Origin: a bacterium | Lineage (GTDB): Bacteria; Oederibacteriota; PGYV01; Palsa-1178 | Direction of reading: 5' to 3' | Length of the DNA stretch: 22,596 nt | NCBI GenBank assembly: GCA_037138355.1 | Contig: JBAXIL010000029.1 | Span: 1-22,596 of the forward strand | Shown: positions 7,804-16,800 of the stretch, one piece after another | How positions within the stretch are numbered: the first letter of the stretch is position 1 | How the letters are laid out: each line of letters starts with the position of its first letter | The notes under the pieces: model-generated | Told to the model about the DNA's origin: nothing | Database searches by the model: none | What the model saw: only the letters and a program-made list of their open reading frames with translations | Translations under genes and position numbers: made by a program

Positions 7804-8286
7804 ATGGCAGAAGAAACAAAGAAACTTTCAATTATCTGTTTTTCAGGAGATTTTGACAAGGCACTTGCGGCAATGGTTTTAACAAGCGGTGGAAGGGCTT
7901 TTGATTATGAAGTAAACTTATTTTTTACTTTTTGGGGACTTAATATTTTGAAAAAAAGAAGTGGACGCAGGCCAGGCAAAGGCATGTTTATGCAGAAAAT
8001 GTTTAATATGTTAATGGGCGGTCGCAATAATCTGCCTCTTTCAAAGTTTAATTTTGGTGGTATTGGGCCAGAACTTATGAAGGGAATAATGAAAAAGAAA
8101 AATATCAAAGATGTGGATGGTATGCTCCAAGATGCAATACAATTAGGAGCAAAAATTTATGCTTGTGATATGGCAATGAGTGTAATGGGCGTTTCAAAAG
8201 ATGACCTGATAGATGAAATAACAGATATAGTTGGAGTTGCCACATTTATAGCAAATGCTGAAGGTGGACAAGTACTTTTTATTTAA
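7804..8286 (+). CDS. DsrE/DrsE_2 (DsrE2/YrkE-like) sulfurtransferase
   Basis: LSIICFSGDFDKA, FFTFWGL, IYACDMAM (conserved Cys) and VGVATFI...LFI; AGGAGG RBS. Confidence 0.9.
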   Translation: MAEETKKLSIICFSGDFDKALAAMVLTSGGRAFDYEVNLFFTFWGLNILKKRSGRRPGKGMFMQKMFNMLMGGRNNLPLSKFNFGGIGPELMKGIMKKKNIKDVDGMLQDAIQLGAKIYACDMAMSVMGVSKDDLIDEITDIVGVATFIANAEGGQVLFI

Positions 8287-8323
8287 AGAGCAGTTTAATA
8301 CAAAAAAGAGCTTAAAAAATTAT

Positions 8324-8387
8324 ATAGCAGGCAGTATTTAATAGCTTTTTCCTTTTAAAAGCTATCATTTAAGCCTGCTATTTTTTT
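8324..8387 (+). terminator. Rho-independent terminator with a nested double stem
   Basis: Outer stem ATAGCAGGC (8324-8332) pairs with GCCTGCTAT (8373-8381); inner stem ATAGCTTTT (8341-8349) pairs with AAAAGCTAT (8357-8365); T-tract at 8381-8387. Confidence 0.75.
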
Positions 8388-8415
8388 GTCTATATTGTTT
8401 AAAATGTGCTATATT
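8386..8415 (+). promoter_or_regulatory. Putative sigma70 promoter for the thiolase-yciH-ECF unit
   Basis: TTGTCT-N18-TATATT with an extended TG at 8407-8408. Confidence 0.4.
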
Positions 8416-8456
8416 ATATGTATTAAATGACAAATACAGTATTGAAAGGAAATGAA

Positions 8457-9455
8457 TTGAAAGCAATATCTCTCTTGTCAGGCGGATTAGATAGCACACT
8501 TGCTACGAAAATTATTAAAGATATGGGTATAGAAGTAATAGCCCTTAATTTTACATCTCCTTTTTGTCAGTGCGGGGGCAAACATAAAGATGGGTGTAAA
8601 CATAAGGCACAGGAAATGGCCGAACAGTTGGGCGTAGAACTTAAAATGCTCAATAACTCTGTAGAGTTTATAGAAATAATCAAACATCCCAAGTATGGTT
8701 ATGGGAGTGGAGCAAATCCGTGTATAGATTGCAGGATATTAAAGTTTAAGACGGCAAAGAAATATATGGAAGAAATAGGCGCATCATTTATTATTACTGG
8801 TGAGGTTGTAGGACAAAGACCTATGAGCCAAAACAGACGGGCAATGGATATTATAGAAAAAGATAGCGGTTTGGATGGATTGATAGTCCGTCCTTTATGT
8901 GCAGGACATATGAAACCTTCTATTCCTGAAGTAAATGGCTGGATAGATAGAAGTAAACTTTTATCCATTGAAGGTAGGAGCAGAGAAAAACAATTAGATC
9001 TTGTAGATGAGTTTAAAATAGAAAATCACGCTTGCCCTGCCGGGGGTTGTCTGCTAACAGATAAAAATTTCAGTATGAAGATAATGGATTTAAGGAAATC
9101 AGATATGCTTACCCTACCTAATGCCAGACTTTTTGTATATGGAAGATATTTTGCAGTAACTGATAAGTTTAAAATGGCTGTGGGAAGAGATGATGCTGAG
9201 AATAAAATGGTACAAAACTTTGCTTCTTCTGGAGATTTGCTGATAATTCCAGAAGCAAAAGGACCGACTGCTATAGGTCGTGGAGATGTTAGTGATGAAA
9301 ATATTAAAATAGCTCTAGGTATAATAGCTCATTACTGTAAAAAGGATAAGGAACAGATTTTGAATTACAAGGTCTTCCCTGAAGAGTATAAAACCACACG
9401 AGTGGATGAAGTGCCTGAAGTGGATCCAAAACCATTCTCGGTAAATGTGGTTTAA
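8457..9455 (+). CDS. PP-loop ATPase, ThiI/MnmA-like tRNA thiouridylase lacking an N-terminal THUMP domain
   Basis: SGGLDS PP-loop, NPCIDCR, TGEVVGQRPMSQ, RPLCA, GRSREKQ and PAGGCLLTD. TTG 8457 after AAGGA is preferred; ATG 8427 is the alternative start. Confidence 0.8.
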   Translation: MKAISLLSGGLDSTLATKIIKDMGIEVIALNFTSPFCQCGGKHKDGCKHKAQEMAEQLGVELKMLNNSVEFIEIIKHPKYGYGSGANPCIDCRILKFKTAKKYMEEIGASFIITGEVVGQRPMSQNRRAMDIIEKDSGLDGLIVRPLCAGHMKPSIPEVNGWIDRSKLLSIEGRSREKQLDLVDEFKIENHACPAGGCLLTDKNFSMKIMDLRKSDMLTLPNARLFVYGRYFAVTDKFKMAVGRDDAENKMVQNFASSGDLLIIPEAKGPTAIGRGDVSDENIKIALGIIAHYCKKDKEQILNYKVFPEEYKTTRVDEVPEVDPKPFSVNVV

Positions 9456-9473
9456 TAAAAAGGAGTATTTATA

Positions 9474-9710
9474 ATGAAAAAAGAAAATCCATTATCACCA
9501 AAGCCAGAGATAAAATATGAAACCAGAAATGGAAGGAAAGTAACGGTTATTTCAGGGCTACAGACATATGGGCAGTTTCGTTTGAGTGAGATTGCCAGAA
9601 CTTTAAAAGGTCTTTGTGCTACAGGTGGAACAGTGAAGAATGGAAGAATTGAAATTCAGGGAAATAAGGTAGCGGAAGTAGAAGCATGGTTTCAAAAAGA
9701 AAAGAAATAA
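9474..9710 (+). CDS. yciH: SUI1/YciH translation initiation factor homologue
   Basis: RNGRKVTVISGL and LKGLCATGGTVKNGRIEIQG; AAGGAG RBS. Confidence 0.85.
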   Translation: MKKENPLSPKPEIKYETRNGRKVTVISGLQTYGQFRLSEIARTLKGLCATGGTVKNGRIEIQGNKVAEVEAWFQKEKK

Positions 9711-9745
9711 GGTATGTTTTTTAGACGCTTATTAGGAAAATCGGG

Positions 9746-10321
9746 GTGAGTGAAGTGGACGAAGATATAAAACTTATGCTTGAACTAAAAGCTGGTCAAA
9801 GAGCCGCGTTTGACAAAATTCTTGATAAATATGAGAAATCGATAGTAAATTATATATATAGATTTACTGGTTCTAAGGAAGATGCAGAAGATTTAGCTCA
9901 GGACACTTTCATAAAAGTTTACAATGCCGCCGCAAAATATACTCCTTCAGCAAAATTCACCACATGGTTATACCGTATAGCTTCAAATGTCAGTATAGAT
10001 TATCTTCGTAAAAGAAAAAAATTAATAAATACAAGTAGTTTGGATGAACAATTTGAAACAGAACAAGGAACGATAAAAAAAGAAATTGCTGATATAAGAG
10101 AAGGTAGTGTTTTAGAAAAAGTTGAAAAAGAAGAGAAAAATAATGAAATTCAAAAGGCATTATTAGCATTGCCTGTGAATCAGAGGTCGGCAATTGTGCT
10201 TAAAATATATGAGGATAAACCCTATATAGATATAGCTGTTATTATGGGGATATCAGTTTCTTCGGTTGAATCATTGATTTTTAGGGCAAGACAGGCTTTA
10301 AAAGATAGGTTAAAAAGATAG
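9746..10321 (+). CDS. ECF (sigma70 group 4) RNA polymerase sigma factor
   Basis: Region 2 EDAEDLAQDTFIKVY...FTTWLYRIASNVSIDYLR; region 4 LPVNQRSAIVL...SVSSVESLIFRARQAL; GTG start. Confidence 0.93.
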   Translation: MSEVDEDIKLMLELKAGQRAAFDKILDKYEKSIVNYIYRFTGSKEDAEDLAQDTFIKVYNAAAKYTPSAKFTTWLYRIASNVSIDYLRKRKKLINTSSLDEQFETEQGTIKKEIADIREGSVLEKVEKEEKNNEIQKALLALPVNQRSAIVLKIYEDKPYIDIAVIMGISVSSVESLIFRARQALKDRLKR

Positions 10322-10365
10322 AATTCAGTAATTGTCAGTATTTCAAAAAAATAATCCAAAATACA

Positions 10366-10394
10366 CCGCAAGTTTTTACCCATGCCTGCGTTTA
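10366..10394 (+). promoter_or_regulatory. Candidate ECF-type promoter upstream of the anti-sigma/cus operon
   Basis: CCGCAAG-N16-CGTTTA resembles the ECF -35 AAC/AAG and -10 CGT geometry; it is a GC-richer island in an AT-rich spacer. Confidence 0.5.
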
Positions 10395-10432
10395 TATATT
10401 AGGAACGAAAATTATCATAAAGGAGATACATT

Positions 10433-10963
10433 ATGAAACATAAAGAAATATTAAGCAAAATTGGTGCTTTATTAGATGGTGAAGTTAAAGCTGAACAAAA
10501 AGATGAAATAATGCAGCATATTAGCACATGTCAAGAATGTTCAAATGAATATAAATCTTTATTGGAATTGGATGCGAATATGAAAAACCTTACTGACCTA
10601 AATCCTCCTTTGTATTTCAGAGAAAAACTGGATAGAAAAATAAAAGAAAATAAAGTAAGCACTTTTGAATTTAATATACTGAAATTAATCCCAACAAGTG
10701 CTGTGCTTGCGGCATTTGTTTTATTTGTTTCAACTTTTATTATTGTGTCTCCTTATATATATGCCACAGATAGTCAGGACCTGCCAAAGCAGGTTGTAAA
10801 CTCTATAAAATCAGCCGTAGTCACATGCATGACTGCTTCTGTTTTTTCCCCAGCGGCTTTTGCAGCTTTTTGTGACAGCTGTAGTATGAATATGTGTGAG
10901 TGTTGTAAAACAAAAGATAAAAATTATGTATGCCATTGTGGAGGTCACAAACATGGGAAATAA
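10433..10963 (+). CDS. zf-HC2 (ZAS) membrane anti-sigma factor with a Cys-rich C-terminal tail
   Basis: LLDGEV...HISTCQEC (HxxxCxxC); TM helix AVLAAFVLFVSTFIIVSPYI; 8 Cys in the C-terminal 45 aa; AAGGAG RBS. Confidence 0.88.
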   Translation: MKHKEILSKIGALLDGEVKAEQKDEIMQHISTCQECSNEYKSLLELDANMKNLTDLNPPLYFREKLDRKIKENKVSTFEFNILKLIPTSAVLAAFVLFVSTFIIVSPYIYATDSQDLPKQVVNSIKSAVVTCMTASVFSPAAFAAFCDSCSMNMCECCKTKDKNYVCHCGGHKHGK

Positions 10964-11219
10964 AAGTAAAGTAGCAGTATTAGCATTGGTCGGTGGAATC
11001 GCATGTTTTTTAAACTTGTTTGGTATTGAAAAGGCTGCACTTGCAATTACAGCAGGTTGGTTAGCATTAAAGGAAATTGATTTGGAAGCAAAAACAGGCA
11101 GATATTTGGCATATGCGGGTATTATTTTAGGGTTCTTGTATATAGTTGTAATTACAATTTTAATAATAGTAAAGGGACCAGAATTTATCACAATGATACA
11201 GAACTTAAAAGGAAAATAA
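10953..11219 (+). CDS. Small membrane protein (DUF4190-like)
   Basis: GGAGG at 10940-10944 before ATG 10953; SKVAVLALVGGI, ALKEI and GRYLAYAGIILG follow the DUF4190 pattern; overlaps the anti-sigma stop codon. Confidence 0.7.
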   Translation: MGNKSKVAVLALVGGIACFLNLFGIEKAALAITAGWLALKEIDLEAKTGRYLAYAGIILGFLYIVVITILIIVKGPEFITMIQNLKGK

Positions 11220-11220
11220 A

Positions 11221-12456
11221 ATGAAGAAAATATTAGCAGTAGTCATGCTTATAACGATGACTTTAACTGGATTAATTAAAGGTGAAACACTGATTATTAC
11301 TGAGAGTGCTGTTGTAAAAGCCGCTCTTGAAAATAATCCAGCTTTAGTAGTCGCCAATAAAATGGCTGATGCGGCAGATGCTGCTTCGCACAAGGAATTA
11401 TGGTTGCCTAATCCTATGGTTGGAATTGAATATATGGGAGTAGCTGATTCAGGTGTAGCTTTAGGAACTGCTACAGGAAAAAACTTAACTGTTTCGCAAG
11501 TTGTTCCTTGGCCATTTAAATATGTTTGGAAAATTGGAGCTGCTGTGTCTCGTTCGGATTATGCAAGGTATATGGCGAAAATGAAAGAACAGGAAGTGAT
11601 AAGCAATGCAAGACAAGCATTTTATGAATTATATAAAATAAACAAGACAATAGTAATTACGCAAGAAGCTTGTTCCATAGTTAAGGAGTTTTCGGAAATA
11701 GCATTTGCTAAATATAATAGTGGTGGTCAATCACAGCAAGATGTATTAAAGGCTGATATAGAAAATCAGACATTACAAAATGAATTGCAGTCTTTAAAAA
11801 GATTAAAACAAATCGCAATTGAAAAAGTTGAAGTATCAACAAACTGGGTACTAAATCTAACATCTACTGTATTTGATTTAGCTGAACCAGAGTTACCTGT
11901 CTTGAAAAATGATTTTGATAAAGTAAAGGAGCAGGTACTTGCAAACTCTCCTATAGTAAAAGCAGCTGTGGCTTCTGCAAATATTGCTGAAAATATGAGT
12001 AGCATGGCAATTTCAGACTATATACCAGACCTAAAATTAACATATAAAAAAATGATAGATCCAAATACTTCTGGTTATTCTTTAATGGCTGAAGCCGAAA
12101 TACCACTTTGGTTTCTAAACAACCAACAGGCTGATATAGGAGAAAAAGGAGCTATGGCTGAAGCTGGCAAAAAAGATGTTATAAATATAAGCAATAATGC
12201 AGTGCTTCAAGCAAGGGAACATTATGAAATAGTAAGTTCGGATTTTAAGACACTGGAGTTATATAAAAATAAACTTATACCACAACTTCAAGCAGCGGTT
12301 AAGTCTATGACTGCAAATTATAAAAGTAAAAAAGCTGATTTTATGGAACTTTTGGATTCGCAGCGCATGTTACTTGAAATGCAAAAAGATTATTACATGA
12401 AAATGGAAGAATATCTAATGCACTATAGAATGTTAGAAGAACTTACAGAAAAATAA
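11221..12456 (+). CDS. TolC family outer membrane efflux protein (CusC/CzcC-like)
   Basis: Signal peptide, [13 protein letters not shown] and [16 protein letters not shown] (OEP repeats); located upstream of the RND genes. Confidence 0.88.
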   Translation: MKKILAVVMLITMTLTGLIKGETLIITESAVVKAALENNPALVVANKMADAADAASHKELWLPNPMVGIEYMGVADSGVALGTATGKNLTVSQVVPWPFKYVWKIGAAVSRSDYARYMAKMKEQEVISNARQAFYELYKINKTIVITQEACSIVKEFSEIAFAKYNSGGQSQQDVLKADIENQTLQNELQSLKRLKQIAIEKVEVSTNWVLNLTSTVFDLAEPELPVLKNDFDKVKEQVLANSPIVKAAVASANIAENMSSMAISDYIPDLKLTYKKMIDPNTSGYSLMAEAEIPLWFLNNQQADIGEKGAMAEAGKKDVINISNNAVLQAREHYEIVSSDFKTLELYKNKLIPQLQAAVKSMTANYKSKKADFMELLDSQRMLLEMQKDYYMKMEEYLMHYRMLEELTEK

Positions 12457-12485
12457 TAATTACAAATATCAACAGGAGGAATAAA

Positions 12486-12692
12486 ATGAAAAAGTTTATG
12501 ATAATTGTGGTAATGTCAGTTTTAGTAGTGATTATAATTGCTACTGGGTGTTCAAATGTAAAGCCTGTAGCAAAAGTTCAAACATCAGGTGCTGCACAGC
12601 TTGTGCAATATACTTGTCCTATGCATCCAGAAGTAATATCGGATAAGCCAGGGAAATGTCCTAAATGCGGAATGGAATTAGTTGTAAAATAA
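12486..12692 (+). CDS. Heavy-metal-binding domain (HMBD) lipoprotein
   Basis: Lipobox-like IATGC after a hydrophobic stretch; [25 protein letters not shown]. Confidence 0.88.
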   Translation: MKKFMIIVVMSVLVVIIIATGCSNVKPVAKVQTSGAAQLVQYTCPMHPEVISDKPGKCPKCGMELVVK

Positions 12693-12731
12693 ATTATAAA
12701 TAATGATTTAAGTGAAAAAAGGAGTTCTAAG

Positions 12732-13793
12732 ATGAAAAACAAAAAAGTTCTCATACTGCTTGCTATTCTTGCATTAATTATTGGGGTTGTATTTATTTCG
12801 TGTGCAAAACATTCAGGGGAGAAACAATTATGGACCTGCCCTATGCACCCAAGTTATATAACTGATAAAGCAGGGGACTGCCCAATATGTGGAATGAAGT
12901 TAGTTAAGGTAGAAAAAAGCATAAGTGAAGAACCCAAAGAGCAGAAAAATCAGAACGCAATAGCAGATCATATTGCGGTAAAAATTAGTCCTGAAAAACA
13001 GCAACTGATAAATGTAAGACTTGATAGTGTTGCTATACGGCCGCTTGCAGTAATGGTAGAGGCATCAGGTGTGGTAGCAAATGATCCGGAATTGTATTAT
13101 GTGGAAGAGCAACTTATTGCAGCGGACAAGGCATATAAAAGTGTAATAAAAAGCGGGAGCGTAGGAGACATACAGGATGCTAAAAATAGTTTGAAATCAG
13201 CACAAACACGCATGAAAATTATGGGATTTGATATAAAACAGATTAAAGCGATTGCTTTGAAAAAGTCGCCTGATAAAAGTTTGCTTGCAACTGGAAATAA
13301 CCTCAAGTCATGGATTTACGCTCAAGTATATCAAGATGATTTAAATAATATAAAAAAAGGTGCTTTAGTTGAAATTACTTCTGTTTCAACAGGAAGTGTT
13401 AGTTATAAAGGAAGAGTTGTTGCTATTGATCCTTCACTTAATGCTGAAACAAGAAGTGCACTGGTAAGAATAGCATTTATTAATAAAAACTTTTTGCTCA
13501 AAACAGAAATGTATGTGGATGTAAAAATAAAGTCTTTTAAAGGAAGGTATTTGTCAATTCCAGAAGAAGCGATTATTAACTCAGGCACAAAACAGATTGT
13601 TTTTGTATCAAAGGAAGATGGATATTTTGAACCAAGAAATGTAGAGCTTGGCGAAAAGATTGGTGATTATTATGTGGTTAAAAACGGGTTACTTGAAGGC
13701 GAGAAAATAGTGGTTAATGGAAACTTTATGATTGATTCGGAAAGCCAGTTAAAAGCCGCACTCACTGGGTTTAGTGAAAAGAATAAGAAATAA
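12732..13793 (+). CDS. cusB: RND periplasmic adaptor (CusB-like) with an N-terminal HMBD
   Basis: WTCPMHP...CPICGMKL, IDPSLNAETRS, LKTEMYVDV, IPEEAII and GNFMIDSESQL. Confidence 0.9.
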   Translation: MKNKKVLILLAILALIIGVVFISCAKHSGEKQLWTCPMHPSYITDKAGDCPICGMKLVKVEKSISEEPKEQKNQNAIADHIAVKISPEKQQLINVRLDSVAIRPLAVMVEASGVVANDPELYYVEEQLIAADKAYKSVIKSGSVGDIQDAKNSLKSAQTRMKIMGFDIKQIKAIALKKSPDKSLLATGNNLKSWIYAQVYQDDLNNIKKGALVEITSVSTGSVSYKGRVVAIDPSLNAETRSALVRIAFINKNFLLKTEMYVDVKIKSFKGRYLSIPEEAIINSGTKQIVFVSKEDGYFEPRNVELGEKIGDYYVVKNGLLEGEKIVVNGNFMIDSESQLKAALTGFSEKNKK

Positions 13794-13807
13794 TAAAAGG
13801 AGTTATT

Positions 13808-16800
13808 ATGATAAATCGTATTATTGAATGGTCAGCAAAAAACAGGTTGTTTGTTATTTTAACATCTGTTTTTTTAATTGGCTGGAGTGTATGGTCCATT
13901 AAAAATGTACCGCTTGATGCAATCCCTGACATGACAGATACTCAGGTAATTATTTATTCATCATGGGATAGACCACCACAGATTATTGAAGATCAGGTAA
14001 CTTATCCTATAGTATCAGCATTACTTGGAGCACCTAAGGTAAAAGATGTACGCGCTTTTTCTGATTATGGTTTTTCTTATGTTTATGTAATATTTGAAGA
14101 TGGAACTGATGTTTATTGGGCGCGTTCTCGCGTACTTGAATATTTATCAAAGATACAAAGTCAATTACCGCAGGATGTAAAAACGGAAATTGGACCAGAT
14201 GCAACAGGTGTGGGTTGGGTATATCAATATGCACTTATAGATAAAACAGGTAAAAATTCACCAGAGCAGTTGCGCGCTTTTCAGGACTGGAACTTAAAGT
14301 ATGCTTTGCAATCAGTAAAAGGTGTTGCTGAGGTTGCCTCTATCGGTGGTTTTCAAAAACAGTATCAAGTTATAGTTTCTCCGAATGCACTAAAAGCTCA
14401 GGGTATACCGCTTACAAATGTTGTAGATGCGATTAGAAAATCAAATGAAGCAGCAGGAGCAAGATTGCTGGAGTTTTCTGGTGCAGAGTATATGGTTAAT
14501 ATAGGCGGTTATATAAAAAATAAATCAGATATAGAACAGACCGTTTTAAAAACAACAATGAATGGTACTCCCGTAAGAATTGCAGATGTGGCAAAGGTGG
14601 TGTTAGGTCCTGATATAAGGCGTGGGGTGTCTGATTTTAATGGTATAGGTGAAGCCCCTGGCGGTATTGTTGTAATGCGGTACAAGGAAAATGCTTTTAA
14701 TGTGATACAAAGAGTTAAGAAAAAATTACAGGAAATACAATTACCTGAAGGGGTTGAAGCTGTACCTGTATATGATAGGTCGGATATTATTAATAAAGCT
14801 GTGGGAACACTAAAGAAAAAAATATTTGAAGAAATGGCGTTTGTTGCTTTAATAATTCTGATTTTTTTATTGCATCTTCCTTCGGCTTTTGTCCCAATTA
14901 TTCTTATGCCAGTTGCAGTGCTCATATCTTTTATTCCTATGAAAATGATGGGTCTGACTTCTAACATTATGTCTTTGGGTGGAATTGCAATTGCCATAGG
15001 GGCCATGGTAGATGCTGCCATAGTTGTAGTTGAAAATACACATAAAAAACTTGCTCACTGGAAAGAAAATGGGTCAAAAGGTGATTATAGGTTAGTAATG
15101 TTAGAGGCAATAAAGGAAGTAGCAGGGCCGTCGTTTTTTTCATTGCTGGTGATTGCGGTTTCTTTTATTCCAATATTTACTCTTGAAGGAGCTGAAGGAA
15201 GGCTTTTCAAACCCCTCGCATATACAAAAAACTTTGGAATGTTGTTCTCGGCAATACTTGCCATTACCTTAGCGCCTGCATTGATTATGATATTCATTCG
15301 GGTAAATAAAATATCAATAAAACCAAAATGGTTGAGTGATATATTTAATAATATTTTTGTAGGTGAAATACATTCCGAAGAAAAACATCCAATATCAAAA
15401 TGGTTATTTAAGTATTATGGACCAGCAGTTGATTTTGTTCTGAAAAAACCAAAATTAATTATTAGCTTGGCAATAGCAATAATGATAGGAACTGTGCCTT
15501 TCTTTTTTACTCTTGGCAGGGAGTTTATGCCGGTTTTAAATGAAGGTTCTATATTGTATATGCCTACAACACTTCCAGGGATATCTGTAACACAAGCATC
15601 TGCACTTTTGCAGGTCCAAGATAAAATAATAAAGTCATTTCCAGAAGTAATTAGTGTTTATGGAAAAGCAGGCAGGGCGTCTTCTGCTACTGACCCAGCG
15701 CCATTTTCTATGATGGAAACTACAGTTCTGCTTAAGCCCATGAATGAGTGGCGGCATAAAGACAGGTGGTATTCTAAATATATTCCTAAATTATTGCAGA
15801 GTCCGTTTCGTTTTATTTGGCCCGATACAATTACATGGGACGACCTAATAAATGAAATGGATATGGCTTTGAAAATACCAGGACAGGTAAATGCGTGGAC
15901 CATGCCTATAAAAGGCAGGACGGACATGCTTACGACAGGAGTTCGTACGCCTGTAGGAATAAAAATATATGGCGATGATTTAAGTGTGATAGAAAAGTTG
16001 GGAAAAGAAATAGAGAGTCAAATAACTTTAGTTAAAGGCACTCGTAGTGTATTTTCAGAAAGAACGGCAGGTGGGTACTTTGTGAACTTTAATATCAATA
16101 GAAAAGAAATAGCAAGATATGGGCTCTCTATGAATGAAGTACAAATGAATATAATGGCGGCAATAGGTGGAGAAAATATAACACAAACTATAGAAGGTAG
16201 AGAAAAATATCAGGTTAATGTGCGCTATCCGCGTGATTTAAGAGATAATATAGAACAACTGAAAAAAACATATATAAGCACAATGAATGGAAAACAGATT
16301 CCTTTGTCCTATGTCGCTGACCTAAAAATAGCTTCAGGTCCTGGTATGATAAGGGATGAAAATGGAAAACTTACTGGTTATGTTTATGTGGATGTTAAAG
16401 ATCGAGACATAGGTAGTTATGTAGAAGAAGCAAAAAAGATAATTAAAGATAAAATCAATTTACCTACAGGATACTCAATAGCATTTTCGGGACAGTATGA
16501 GTTTATGCAGAGAGTTAGAGAAAAAATGGGAGTTGTTATTCCACTTACTTTATTTATTATTTTCATACTCCTTTATGTAAATACTCGTTCGTATGTTAAA
16601 ACACTTATTATTTTGCTTGCTGTTCCTTTTTCTATGGTAGGAGCTATTTGGGCACTGCATATTTTTGGTTATAATATATCAGTAGGTGTGTGGTGTGGAA
16701 TAATAGCACTTTTAGGAGTGGATGCAGAGACGGGTGTTTTTATGTTACTTTATCTTGATCTTGCATATAAAGAAAGAAAGGATAAGGGATTGTTAAATAC

